Below are positions 18,808 to 28,302 of a DNA stretch of 64,000 nt, one piece after another (the first letter of the stretch is position 1; each line of letters starts with the position of its first letter). The notes under the pieces are model-generated. The model did no database searches, was not told where the DNA came from, and saw only the letters and a list, made by a program, of their open reading frames with translations. This stretch comes from a virus (Duplodnaviria; Heunggongvirae; Uroviricota; Caudoviricetes). The position numbers and the translations under genes were made by a program. Location of the stretch: IMG/VR virus record IMGVR_UViG_3300017792_000001, positions 40,697 through 104,696 of that record; one strand, written 5' to 3'.

Positions 18808-19235
18808 GCTTCATCCAGATAGCGTTTGGAGGCAATACTCGTCTGATTGCCTTCGGTGACTTCAAGCTGCCTGAGTTCCCGTACAAGGTACCGTACGATT
18901 CCTGGGCGACTGTCGCTGCAATGATGCCTGCGAAGTACGAGCGCGGCTCCTTCTTCTACACGCGCAAGCCTGATCCGAAACTCCAGAAGATCCAGGTGGT
19001 TGATTACGTCTGGCAGACTTCGGGTACCGACATTCAAGGGCTCGAAGCTGAGGCCGAAGTGTTGTACTGGATCAACATCGAACTCGCCAGCCTGCTGCGG
19101 ATGTACAACGAACATACGACTGAGAAGATTCAGGCAGACGTTCTGACGTTCTACTCGGACAACCCTGAATATTTACCGAACACGGTGCCGCGAGTGGTTG
19201 TTTGTCGTCTCTCGCGCCCTGCTGATCTTGCATAA
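18804..19235 (+). CDS. hypothetical protein
   Basis: ATG 18804 with ATGA overlap; ORF-track 18744 start is an upstream alternative. Confidence 0.5.
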   Translation: MSFIQIAFGGNTRLIAFGDFKLPEFPYKVPYDSWATVAAMMPAKYERGSFFYTRKPDPKLQKIQVVDYVWQTSGTDIQGLEAEAEVLYWINIELASLLRMYNEHTTEKIQADVLTFYSDNPEYLPNTVPRVVVCRLSRPADLA

Positions 19236-19247
19236 GGAAATACGAAC

Positions 19248-19787
19248 ATGAACCAAGCAAACGTAACCGAGTGGATGGGCGTACAGGTACTGCCGCTCGT
19301 CTACAACATCAACATGACGTTCGAGGCGAAGATCGCCCGTGCCAACGTCGTGCCGTTTCAAGACATCGAAGACGGTGTGAAGTTTAAGACCTACGCCGAT
19401 CCGAGTCTCGACAAAGAGTGCCTCGATCTGGTCTGGCAAATCACTGGTGACACTGCTGAGTCCCAGTTTGCATTCAAGATGTTGGCGGATCATGCGAACC
19501 AGATCATCGCGACGATGAATGCCAACTTGGTACACTACGCTACCCAGTACATTCGGTCGATGCATCCGCTGTATCGCAATGCAGAACTCGGTACGCCAGG
19601 TACGCCGCGTTACTTCTTGCTGCGCGTCTATCTGAACCACGAGTTCGACTGCACTGAGCACCCGGAAATGTTTCTCGGGTCTCCGCTCGGCATGTATCAC
19701 TGCAAAGTCTGCGGCGATATGCAGGTAGCTGGTCTGCCGCACATCAGCGAGAAGATGGTCGAAGAATTCCACGCGCAGGAGAAGTGA
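19248..19787 (+). CDS. CxxC zinc-finger protein, paralogue B
   Basis: C-terminus RVYLNHEFDCTEHPEMFLGSPLGMYHCKVCGDMQVAGLPHI parallels 18313-18807. Confidence 0.5.
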   Translation: MNQANVTEWMGVQVLPLVYNINMTFEAKIARANVVPFQDIEDGVKFKTYADPSLDKECLDLVWQITGDTAESQFAFKMLADHANQIIATMNANLVHYATQYIRSMHPLYRNAELGTPGTPRYFLLRVYLNHEFDCTEHPEMFLGSPLGMYHCKVCGDMQVAGLPHISEKMVEEFHAQEK

Positions 19788-20491
19788 CCATGGCTCGCAA
19801 GAAAAAGTTGACAGGCTACTTCATCGAAGACCACGCAGACATCATGGAGCGGCTCGCTGCTGGTACTGCCACGGCCGACGATCAGAAGAAGGCTGCAGCC
19901 GCGTTGAATGAAGCCGATCTGTACGAAGACGTGTACCAGAACTGCACCAACAAGATCGAGCCGTATGTCGAACGTGCTGGGCAAGCTGGTGATCTGCCTG
20001 CCTCGTTGTGCGACAGCGTTGACATCCTGCTTGAGTTCTGGCTTGCCAACAAAGACAACCCTGCGTGTCAGCCAGAAACAATGGCAGATGTTCGCAAAGC
20101 GCTCTCTGTGGGAGTCAAGTACAGTCTCGTACCTTGCATAGATGCACTCGCCAAACTTGACGCCGTAACGCCCCAGACGGTCATCCAGCGTGCTGCCAGG
20201 GCCGCTCCGAAGTCATACTTTTTAGCCCCAGGGTTTCCTTCACGTTTGATCAAATGGCGTGAATATGCTGGTTTGACCCAGGAAGAACTGGCGCGCAAGT
20301 GCGTACTGCCAGTGACCGCAGTGCAGGGTTATGAGAACGGTACCAAGAACCCGCAGCCCCGCACTGTGCGCAGAATTGTAAACGTCCTGAATGTCCCACT
20401 GTCGAAGCTGGTTGACGGTGAGAACGAACAACAAATCCCTATTGGTGTATCGAGTGCAACGAAGCGCTCGGTAGACGAGGAAACAGAATGA
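19784..20491 (+). CDS. XRE-type HTH transcriptional regulator (C-terminal HTH)
   Basis: LIKWREYAGLTQEELARKCVLPVTAVQGYENGTKNPQPRTVRRIVNVLNV is a classic Cro/C1 HTH. Confidence 0.6.
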   Translation: MTMARKKKLTGYFIEDHADIMERLAAGTATADDQKKAAAALNEADLYEDVYQNCTNKIEPYVERAGQAGDLPASLCDSVDILLEFWLANKDNPACQPETMADVRKALSVGVKYSLVPCIDALAKLDAVTPQTVIQRAARAAPKSYFLAPGFPSRLIKWREYAGLTQEELARKCVLPVTAVQGYENGTKNPQPRTVRRIVNVLNVPLSKLVDGENEQQIPIGVSSATKRSVDEETE

Positions 20492-21273
20492 ACGACCAAA
20501 ACCGCAAAGACCTGAAAAAGTTTCTGCTGATCAAAGAACTGATGTGCGTCGAGTTGAAGACCGACCCTGAAGCACCAATGCAATACTGGCATTTTGTCGG
20601 TACTTACGACGGCAGCGCAGCCCGTGCAGCCTCTGTCGCGCGCAAGGAAGAAGTCGCCGGAATGTTTGAAGCGTTCATCGCCAAGCATATCCCGGAAGCG
20701 TTTGACGTTGCATCGAACTGGGGCCCAATGAGTGGCTTCGGCATCGACGGCATCATCTTCGAAGCCGAGAATGCGTTGCGCACCGACAAGCGCTTCATTC
20801 AACCGATGCAAGAAGTCCCAGGGTACGCAGAAGGCAAAAGCTGCTACATGGGCAGACCAAACATCGCTACCAAGGAAGGGCTTGAACTGTCTGACCTTCT
20901 GGAGAAGTTGCTGGCCGACGTGCAAGGTCCAATCGAGTTCTCGGACTTCGTGCTTGATGGTTTCGGCATGCACAAAGCGGTCGGCAGCAACGTCATCAAC
21001 GGCAAGCGTGTGATGATTCCACCGCGTGTGTTTGATACGCCGATCGGCCTGTTCTTCTGTGTACCGAAAGAACGTCTATACGAAATGCCTGCTGGGTTTG
21101 AAGTTGTCGCCCAGTCAGTTGTTGCGCTGTCGCAGGACGTCATGGCTCACTTCGCACTGGAAGATGCCGAAGAAGCGGTGTTCAAGGCAGTCGATGCCGA
21201 GGACGATGAAGAGGGTTTCGACGAAGACCCTGCGACCATGTACGACACCCTGAACGCAAGGAAGAACCTATGA
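20488..21273 (+). CDS. hypothetical protein
   Basis: 261-aa ORF, ATGA overlap. Confidence 0.5.
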   Translation: MNDQNRKDLKKFLLIKELMCVELKTDPEAPMQYWHFVGTYDGSAARAASVARKEEVAGMFEAFIAKHIPEAFDVASNWGPMSGFGIDGIIFEAENALRTDKRFIQPMQEVPGYAEGKSCYMGRPNIATKEGLELSDLLEKLLADVQGPIEFSDFVLDGFGMHKAVGSNVINGKRVMIPPRVFDTPIGLFFCVPKERLYEMPAGFEVVAQSVVALSQDVMAHFALEDAEEAVFKAVDAEDDEEGFDEDPATMYDTLNARKNL

Positions 21274-22001
21274 GAAAAGGTGCCCGAGCGATTCGCTTTC
21301 GTCCCAATCAAGCCTTCTACATCAACGTAGACGGCAAGGTTGAGAGCTACAAGTTTGTGCGGGCAACCTACACCTACAACGGTAGCGTGGGGATTGTTGC
21401 AAAGCCTGCCAAGAGCGATCTGCTGATCACGTTGATTGCCGAGCGTGGTTACATCCGGCGTGAGTTCAAGAAGACAGAGAAGGGCGGCACCTACGGCAAT
21501 TGCTGCATCTTCTCTGCATTCGACAGGCACCAGAACATCGTTCACTGGTGTGGCATTTACTTCTCTCGCCGCACTGCGAAGAAAGGTATCTCGACTCGCG
21601 ACCTCTGGAAGCAAGACTACCGAGAGATTCATGCCGATTCGATGTCGAAGGCCAGTGCTGACATTGAAGCCATGATGTCAATGGTGCGTGTCATCACCGA
21701 AGGTCCGATTGACGCAATGCTGATCGACGACCTGACGGGCAAGCGTGAGCGTGTTGTGTTTCAACCGTCGCACAAGATGAAGGACTTCCTGAATATGGCA
21801 GTCACGGCATCGCAGAATACAAACACGACAGGCTCTACGCATCCGGACGCGAAGGTGCCGACGTATGCAGACCTCAAGGCAATGGCTGATCAGTTGAAGG
21901 AGGTCGAGTTCGTTCGGCCAGATCCAAAAGATCCCATGTTTTGGCCTGACTTCCAGATTCGGAACAGTAACGCAATCATCAACATCAAGGGTGGCGTGTA
22001 A
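21270..22001 (+). CDS. hypothetical protein
   Basis: 243-aa ORF, ATGA overlap. Confidence 0.5.
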   Translation: MRKGARAIRFRPNQAFYINVDGKVESYKFVRATYTYNGSVGIVAKPAKSDLLITLIAERGYIRREFKKTEKGGTYGNCCIFSAFDRHQNIVHWCGIYFSRRTAKKGISTRDLWKQDYREIHADSMSKASADIEAMMSMVRVITEGPIDAMLIDDLTGKRERVVFQPSHKMKDFLNMAVTASQNTNTTGSTHPDAKVPTYADLKAMADQLKEVEFVRPDPKDPMFWPDFQIRNSNAIINIKGGV

Positions 22002-22003
22002 GC

Positions 22004-22138
22004 ATGGAACACAAGAAAATCCTGGAAGAATGGTTCAAGGCTATCAAGCAGCCTGCACCGATTAACTCGAAAGAGCGGCAGGCGTTCAAGTCGCCTGTAT
22101 TCGGCATGCGCTACGGTACTGATCAAAAGATCAAGTAA
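22004..22138 (+). CDS. small hypothetical protein (44 aa)
   Basis: ATG 22004 two nt after the upstream TAA; [44 protein letters not shown]; below the ORF-track size cutoff. Confidence 0.35.
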   Translation: MEHKKILEEWFKAIKQPAPINSKERQAFKSPVFGMRYGTDQKIK

Positions 22139-22181
22139 CTGTAAACGTCAATTGAACCCATATAAGCTAAGGAAGACCCGC

Positions 22182-22484
22182 ATGCACTCGCAATACTCCA
22201 GCCGCACCGCCGACAAATTCGTTGTACGCCTGCCTGATGGTATGCGTGAACGTGTAGCAGAAGTGGCAAAGGAAAATCACCGCAGCATGAACTCCGAAAT
22301 CATTTCCCGCCTCGAACAAAGTTTGCTCGCTGATGCACCGAATGACGGTACGCTTGGGTTGCGTATCGACAGCCCGGAAGTCAGCAAGCAGGAACAAGAA
22401 CTGCTCAAGCACTTCCGTCAGTTGGCCAAGCGCCAGCAGAACGCAATGCTCGCGCTGATCACCGTAGATGTGGAGGCTCCATGA
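22182..22484 (+). CDS. Arc/Mnt-family ribbon-helix-helix transcriptional repressor
   Basis: [35 protein letters not shown] parallels P22 Arc (FNLRWPREVLDLVRKVAEENGRSVNSEIYQRVMES); ATG 22182 after taaggaag; ORF-track start 22152 is TTG. Confidence 0.8.
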   Translation: MHSQYSSRTADKFVVRLPDGMRERVAEVAKENHRSMNSEIISRLEQSLLADAPNDGTLGLRIDSPEVSKQEQELLKHFRQLAKRQQNAMLALITVDVEAP

Positions 22485-22996
22485 GCACGCCAATTCGCAA
22501 GGCCTATCCGGTTGAAAAGTTGCTGCCAGTTGAGAACATCATTCTCGGCAACGGCAAGATCCCGCGCTTCAACGGCGGCAAGCTGACTGTCGCACTGCTC
22601 AACATCATGAAGCAGCAGATCGCGGAGCAGGACGGTAACACCATCTACGTGCTCGCTACCCTGATGCCGGAGAAGGAATTCATCCGTGATTACGTCGAGG
22701 GCTACACGATGCCTCGTCACGTCTACCTGTGTCACCCTGATCTGGCGTTCGAGATTGTCCAGAACGTGATCGCGAACCCAGCGATTCAAGGCGACGAAAC
22801 CAAGCCGCGCAAGTTTGTGCGTCTGTTCATCGACTTGGTGGAATACACTGACCTGTGCTTGCTGCCTGATGGTAAGTCGCACAGCCTGCAATTTTCCCAC
22901 CGTCTCCTGAATCAAGCGGCGCACTACGTCGATACGATCAGCGCCACGGTCGATATGAACATTCGAGGTGGCAATGGCCCTATTCAGCAAGCCTGA
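22481..22996 (+). CDS. hypothetical protein
   Basis: 171-aa ORF, ATGA overlap. Confidence 0.5.
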   Translation: MSTPIRKAYPVEKLLPVENIILGNGKIPRFNGGKLTVALLNIMKQQIAEQDGNTIYVLATLMPEKEFIRDYVEGYTMPRHVYLCHPDLAFEIVQNVIANPAIQGDETKPRKFVRLFIDLVEYTDLCLLPDGKSHSLQFSHRLLNQAAHYVDTISATVDMNIRGGNGPIQQA

Positions 22997-23186
22997 ATTG
23001 AAGGTACGCTTGAAAGAGGAGGTCGGGTTTGCGGGCCCGATCTTCTACACGATTCAAGTGAAGGGTGGCGACTATAGCCGCTTCTTCTGGACGCGACTCC
23101 CAGGCTTTGATGAAATGCAAACTTCCGAAGCCTACGAAGTCGCTACTAACTGGTGTATCAAAAATAAGGCGCGGTTCATCCCATGA
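22974..23186 (+). CDS. hypothetical small protein
   Basis: ATG 22974 after gaggtgg; ORF-track start 22968 is GTG. Confidence 0.45.
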   Translation: MALFSKPELKVRLKEEVGFAGPIFYTIQVKGGDYSRFFWTRLPGFDEMQTSEAYEVATNWCIKNKARFIP

Positions 23187-23401
23187 ACATCAGAAAGTTG
23201 TTCAGGCTGAAACAGCCACCTCAGGTAACAACGGCTTACGATATGGGTCAGGGACTGTTCGTTGTCAAAGCGCGCGGTGGCCCTCACGGTTATGACTGGG
23301 AGCAGATCACCATCAACGGTCGTTACTCCCGTTCAGAACTCGCGCACATTCGTGCCAAAGAATACGCAAAAGAAATCGGAGCGAAAGTAAAATGCGGATG
23401 A
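23183..23401 (+). CDS. hypothetical small protein
   Basis: 72-aa ORF, ATGA overlap. Confidence 0.45.
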   Translation: MNIRKLFRLKQPPQVTTAYDMGQGLFVVKARGGPHGYDWEQITINGRYSRSELAHIRAKEYAKEIGAKVKCG

Positions 23402-23730
23402 AATACATTATGGTCGAGTTCGACCACGAACATGCGGGCAAGCAGATCACCCCGATCCTGTTTCCAGAAGCCGTCGTCCACAAAGATATGCTGGAGTCGA
23501 TGCAGCGTCGCCCGTATCGCGCTGACCTGGTGAGTGCAGGCTTCGTGGACATCTACGTCGAAGACGGCCGCCAGATCGTTAGCTGCTACGGCGAGAGCGA
23601 GTCCATCGGTTGCAAGTCGCGCGGCTCTGACGATGCGTTCATCATCAAGCACATGCAGAAAGGCTGGACGTACTCCAGTCCTGAGTGGCTTGAGAAACAA
23701 AAAGCACACGAGGCTCAGTACGGAGCATGA
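23392..23730 (+). CDS. hypothetical protein
   Basis: 112-aa ORF in operon. Confidence 0.5.
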   Translation: MRMKYIMVEFDHEHAGKQITPILFPEAVVHKDMLESMQRRPYRADLVSAGFVDIYVEDGRQIVSCYGESESIGCKSRGSDDAFIIKHMQKGWTYSSPEWLEKQKAHEAQYGA

Positions 23731-24119
23731 TGACTGCCCTTTATGTCGCTGCCTCTATCTGGTTGCTGCGCGCTCTGATCTACGCGACGATGTACAAGAT
23801 TGTCGTGGAGCTGACGGTGCTGGAGGATGTGCGCGAGCGTGAGCTAAACATTACCCCGCGTGACATCCGCCTGCCTTATGTCTTCTTCTTTCTGGAAGTG
23901 TTGCGCAATATCCTCTTTCCCTTCTGGGTACCACGTCGTTTCGGTGATGGTAGTTGCGCACTGCACGCAGGCTTGATTGCACCTGTGATCCGGCTTGCGA
24001 CTCCTGATATGCCATATCAAGTGCTGCTGGTGAAGGTGCGCGACAAAGCAGTAGAACATGGCGGTCGCTACCTGATGCGCTACGAAAGTGAACTGCGAAT
24101 TGTGGAGGCTAGACGATGA
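23727..24119 (+). CDS. membrane protein
   Basis: Hydrophobic helices LYVAASIWLLRALIYATMY and LPYVFFFLEVLRNILFPFWV. Confidence 0.5.
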   Translation: MMTALYVAASIWLLRALIYATMYKIVVELTVLEDVRERELNITPRDIRLPYVFFFLEVLRNILFPFWVPRRFGDGSCALHAGLIAPVIRLATPDMPYQVLLVKVRDKAVEHGGRYLMRYESELRIVEARR

Positions 24120-24739
24120 AACTGGATCAATACGCCTACGTGGTCACGTTGACTCACGCGAATGTCGAATACCCAGTGCGCGTTATCGCTGACACGCACG
24201 ACGGAATGTTTGTCGAAAGCGAAGACATCTGGGCTGCACTCGGCACAGGTCAGTATGCCTTCATGAACGACGCACTGGCCGACAAGAAAGCCAGCGAGTC
24301 GATCAATCAGGGAATGCGCAGCCGCTTCCCAGGTTTCTCCGGTCTGGAAGTTCGAATCAGTACCAGGCCGACGTTCAACGGTGCTCATGCCCAGATTCAC
24401 ATGAAGATGAAGGGCAAGGACAAGATGCACCGGATGTACTTCACTTGGGCCAACACGTTGCTGCGACGCCTGCCAGAGGAACATCTGGTCGAGTTCAACG
24501 ACATCGTGCGGCACATCGGCACTGCGTTTCCCCACGAGTTCAACTGGGATGACGAAGCCGATTACCAAGGCAAGCACAATACCCTGCCGATCACAGTCTT
24601 TGCACGCGGTGCTCAGATGGGTATCTGCAAGGTCCACGTCGATATGCCCGACAAGCCGCAGAAAGTTTTCCGTGGCAGTGCAGACCGTTTCGTGGACCTG
24701 ATCATTCAAGCGAAGGCGCACATCGAGGAGAACTCATGA
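24116..24739 (+). CDS. hypothetical protein
   Basis: 207-aa ORF, ATGA overlap. Confidence 0.5.
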   Translation: MKLDQYAYVVTLTHANVEYPVRVIADTHDGMFVESEDIWAALGTGQYAFMNDALADKKASESINQGMRSRFPGFSGLEVRISTRPTFNGAHAQIHMKMKGKDKMHRMYFTWANTLLRRLPEEHLVEFNDIVRHIGTAFPHEFNWDDEADYQGKHNTLPITVFARGAQMGICKVHVDMPDKPQKVFRGSADRFVDLIIQAKAHIEENS

Positions 24740-25698
24740 GCCAGTTAGAAAGAACCGATGCAGAGCGTATTGCCGAGCATCACTGCCGGGCTTTGGCGCA
24801 GAAGTACCTCGAACGACTGGAAGGTCACTTCCCCCGTCGCAAGTTCGTGCTCGCCATGCGTCAACTCACGCTGACCATTCAGTGCGTAGGTGCGTACACC
24901 AACATCCGCTTTCACGGTGAACGCAGCGTCATGGTTTGCATGGGTGAGTACCAGGCCAAGGTAACTCAGCAAGTGGTGTTCGACGTGCTCTCCCGTGCTT
25001 TCGAGCTAGAGACCAAGCTGCGTAAAAAGCAGTCGCACCAGCGCCAGCAGATCAACGCTTGGGTGCAACGCCTGCAAGCAACTGAAATGCTGGAAACGCC
25101 GCAGCTTGTGCTGTCGATCACACCCAGCACTGATGATCCGAAGTTTGCGCCGTCTGCGTTCTGGCATTGGGTTGGACTGCCGGATGATCCGGTGATCGAA
25201 GTGCGCTTCATGCTGTATCGCAACAAGTGGAACGGGCACGACAACTTCCGGGTTTACTTCGGCGACCGCATCCAAACGTTCAACGTGATTTCCGAAGTCG
25301 AGTCCTTCTTCAACGGCAATGACGTGTTCAAGGATCTGGATCAGTCTATCGGCAAAGAGAACTTCCAGTTCATCACACCGACTGCGACCGAAGCCGAAAT
25401 CAGTTGGCCAAAAGTCGAAGGCCCGTACGTGATCATCCCGCGTAAGCGTCTGGTTCAGTCAACGCCGCACCTGTTGTTGATGCAAGCCCACAACCCTGAG
25501 ATTCTTCAGGCGCGGGTAACACCGACAGTCTGGTATGCGCAAGAGCGCGTGCAGAAAGCCATGCAGCACTTCCAGGACAAGGCAAAGACTGTGGACTTCG
25601 TGAAGTTCCCATGTCACCCTGAATTGCAGTGGGACTTCCACTATGCAGGGCTCAACCTCGAACCTGAGTTTGGCGACGACGAAAGCGACGAAATCTAA
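24736..25698 (+). CDS. hypothetical protein
   Basis: 320-aa ORF, ATGA overlap. Confidence 0.55.
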   Translation: MSQLERTDAERIAEHHCRALAQKYLERLEGHFPRRKFVLAMRQLTLTIQCVGAYTNIRFHGERSVMVCMGEYQAKVTQQVVFDVLSRAFELETKLRKKQSHQRQQINAWVQRLQATEMLETPQLVLSITPSTDDPKFAPSAFWHWVGLPDDPVIEVRFMLYRNKWNGHDNFRVYFGDRIQTFNVISEVESFFNGNDVFKDLDQSIGKENFQFITPTATEAEISWPKVEGPYVIIPRKRLVQSTPHLLLMQAHNPEILQARVTPTVWYAQERVQKAMQHFQDKAKTVDFVKFPCHPELQWDFHYAGLNLEPEFGDDESDEI

Positions 25699-25715
25699 CT
25701 AGCCGAGGATCCGTT

Positions 25716-25913
25716 ATGAACCATCCAATGTCTGCGCAGCAGTGGCACCAATGGCGTGAGCGTTATTACGCCAAACGTCCGAAGTTACCAGCAATGGGTA
25801 AAACGTTTGTACGGGAACACGCAAAAGATTCAGAACGGCACGCTGAGTTGATCAACGCGCCGAGTGACAAAGCTGCCGAACAATACATCGAAGAACGTTT
25901 CGTTCAATTCTAG
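25716..25913 (+). CDS. hypothetical small protein
   Basis: 65 aa, RBS gaggatccgtt ATG. Confidence 0.45.
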   Translation: MNHPMSAQQWHQWRERYYAKRPKLPAMGKTFVREHAKDSERHAELINAPSDKAAEQYIEERFVQF

Positions 25914-25925
25914 GAAAGTAAGAAC

Positions 25926-26660
25926 ATGCCGAAGCTCAAGCCGTTCCATCTGCTGGTCAACGACACCCTGCGTCAGGTCACTGTCATTGGCGATGGCAAG
26001 GACACCCAGGAATTCGACCTGATGCCTCTGGTTGCTAAACTCGACGTGATTCCCGACACTCTCGTTGGGATTCGTCGTTTCTTGGCACAGGCCGATACGA
26101 AGCTCGACACTACCAGCGATGAACATATCGCCAAGTTCCTCTATCACGACCTGTTTGTGTTGTCGAAGTGGATTTACCTGACCCGTACTTACCGCGTGAT
26201 CTTCAATGCTCATGTTCGCGACGCGCGTGGGGATCACGGCGGTGAGTTTTACGGACACCCATTCGATGACGGTCTGCCAAGCCCTGACTTGCGTGAATAC
26301 CAGATCAGCGCTATTTACGGCTATGACAGCAAGTGGTTGCGCCTGCACCTTGGGCACCTGCTCGACGACAACTGCCCAGACTTCGCCAAGCCAACGCGCT
26401 ATGACCGTTTGAACGGCGTCCTGTTTGAAGTGATGCAGGACATCGAAGACGGTCGGCCAGAAGTCACGTTCAGTGAAGCATTGGCACTCGCGAAATGCGG
26501 TGCTGTGATTCGCTCTGTCGGCTGGTCCGAACATCATCGTATCACTCGCGTCGGTGAAGCATTGCAGCACCAATTCCGCAATGTTGAAGATGAATGGCGT
26601 GAGTCAAGCGGTGACTTGACCGTAGCCGACGTGTCGAACAAGTGGCACGTAACTCTGTAA
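25926..26660 (+). CDS. hypothetical protein
   Basis: 244-aa ORF, RBS aggaaagtaagaac ATG. Confidence 0.55.
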   Translation: MPKLKPFHLLVNDTLRQVTVIGDGKDTQEFDLMPLVAKLDVIPDTLVGIRRFLAQADTKLDTTSDEHIAKFLYHDLFVLSKWIYLTRTYRVIFNAHVRDARGDHGGEFYGHPFDDGLPSPDLREYQISAIYGYDSKWLRLHLGHLLDDNCPDFAKPTRYDRLNGVLFEVMQDIEDGRPEVTFSEALALAKCGAVIRSVGWSEHHRITRVGEALQHQFRNVEDEWRESSGDLTVADVSNKWHVTL

Positions 26661-26685
26661 ACAGCATTTAGAATAGGAGAGGAAC

Positions 26686-27654
26686 ATGGGCGATTACATC
26701 TACATGCAAGGCACGGCGAAGATCCGTCCGATGCACCGCAAAGTGCTGCAAAAATTCTTCAACAGTCGGCATGACGACGCTGACTACGAACTCAACTGGC
26801 CGAAGCTGGTTGAAGATGATCCGACCATCATCGTCTACAGCGGCTACAAAGTCCTGAAGATGGCGCACGGCATGGGAGCAGAAAGCATCCCGTTCGGTAT
26901 GTCGAATCCCACCGGCTGGCCTGATTCGTTTGACGAACTGCCCCGCGAAGAAGGCGACGAGTACGGCATCGGTGAATGCGAACTGGACGACGAGGGCAAC
27001 CTGACGTTCAAGTGCAGCAGTCGTAACCGCAACCGCGTCATGGAAGCATTCATCAGTCTGGTGTTCTACTGGGCTGAGGACTACAAGATTGAAATGGACA
27101 CCCGTGAATGGGCGTTCGATATGTTCGGCGGGCAAGACCACGTCGCTGTCTACACACCCGGCAACGAAGCTGGGTTCGACGCGATCATGGAGATTGTCGG
27201 GAATCAACTCCAGGAAATGGAGCGCAAGGCTGAACTCTGGCGTCTCGCTCCAATCACAGTCGATGAAAAGGAGAAGCTGCGTGCGCTCGGCCTCAGTGAA
27301 TCTTTCCTCGCAAGCCTCGACGGCCCGAGCAAGAACATCGTTGACGTGCCGAGTGAACCAAATCTCTCGACTGAATGGTCGAAGCTGGTGAACAAGAAGT
27401 TGGAGCAGATGGGCATTCCGCTTGAACTGTTCACGTCGTCGAACCCACGACCGCATGAATCGTTTGCTGACTACGTGGTACGTCTGGGCATGACCCGTGT
27501 GTACAAGCCAGATGAACGTGTGCAGTCGCTCAACAGTCCGAAGCTCGGGCAGTGGAACAGCACGCTCGAACACATCGAAGCCCACAAGCGTTTCGCTCGC
27601 GGCAAGAAGGGTGTGCGTCAGGTGAGACGTAAGCAACGCCGTGCGATGAAGTAA
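26686..27654 (+). CDS. hypothetical protein
   Basis: 322-aa ORF with strong RBS ataggagaggaac ATG; the mirror antisense ORF is rejected. Confidence 0.55.
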   Translation: MGDYIYMQGTAKIRPMHRKVLQKFFNSRHDDADYELNWPKLVEDDPTIIVYSGYKVLKMAHGMGAESIPFGMSNPTGWPDSFDELPREEGDEYGIGECELDDEGNLTFKCSSRNRNRVMEAFISLVFYWAEDYKIEMDTREWAFDMFGGQDHVAVYTPGNEAGFDAIMEIVGNQLQEMERKAELWRLAPITVDEKEKLRALGLSESFLASLDGPSKNIVDVPSEPNLSTEWSKLVNKKLEQMGIPLELFTSSNPRPHESFADYVVRLGMTRVYKPDERVQSLNSPKLGQWNSTLEHIEAHKRFARGKKGVRQVRRKQRRAMK

Positions 27655-27911
27655 TGGCTCGCAAGGACGTCACGGATCTGATGGTACTCGAAGCCATCAA
27701 AGAGCGGGCTATCACTGGTGAATCACTGCTGCGCATACTGATGGTGCGTACCAATGAACCCGAGAAAGTTTGCTGGCGTGCAATGGAGCGAACTCTACGC
27801 CGCAACTACATCGACTACGGCACAAGTATGCGAACCTCTTGGATCACACCAGAAGGTCACGCGTACCTTGAGCTTTTGAACAAGGGACAAGAAGATGCTG
27901 TATCTGGTTGA
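27654..27911 (+). CDS. hypothetical small protein
   Basis: 85 aa, TAATG overlap. Confidence 0.5.
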   Translation: MARKDVTDLMVLEAIKERAITGESLLRILMVRTNEPEKVCWRAMERTLRRNYIDYGTSMRTSWITPEGHAYLELLNKGQEDAVSG

Positions 27912-28302
27912 ACGTGACCGTGAGGGCGTAGAAACCCTCACCCAGATCAAGTCCGGTATGAAGCTCGACAAGGCGCAGCCGGAAGTTTACAAGGCAATGC
28001 ACAAGGTAATGATGGCAGGTGCAAAGACCATCGCTACTCGCTTGCTGCAAACAGGCGACCTGCTCAAGCAGAACTACATCGACCTGTGCGAAACCACCAA
28101 CCCAATGGTCGATGCGATTCTCGCGGACAAGTTGCGTGGCTCAATGTACGGCTGCAAGTTTCGCTACGTGCGCAGCCGCAACAATGAGGAAGACGTGGCA
28201 CTAGGTCGGCAAGTGTTGCAGTTCGGTATTAACAGCGGCAGACGTGATGGCTATTACGTCGAGTTTGCCTACATCTTCACTCCACGGGAGACAGCGCAAT
28301 GA
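27895..28302 (+). CDS. hypothetical protein
   Basis: 135-aa ORF. Confidence 0.5.
   Translation: MLYLVERDREGVETLTQIKSGMKLDKAQPEVYKAMHKVMMAGAKTIATRLLQTGDLLKQNYIDLCETTNPMVDAILADKLRGSMYGCKFRYVRSRNNEEDVALGRQVLQFGINSGRRDGYYVEFAYIFTPRETAQ

Noticed and set aside
26668-27636. 322-aa minus-strand ORF exactly mirroring gene 26686-27654
   Set aside because: No RBS; opposite to operon polarity; R/L/H/V-rich composition typical of antisense translation of a GC3-rich gene. The plus-strand ORF has a strong RBS (ataggagaggaac).
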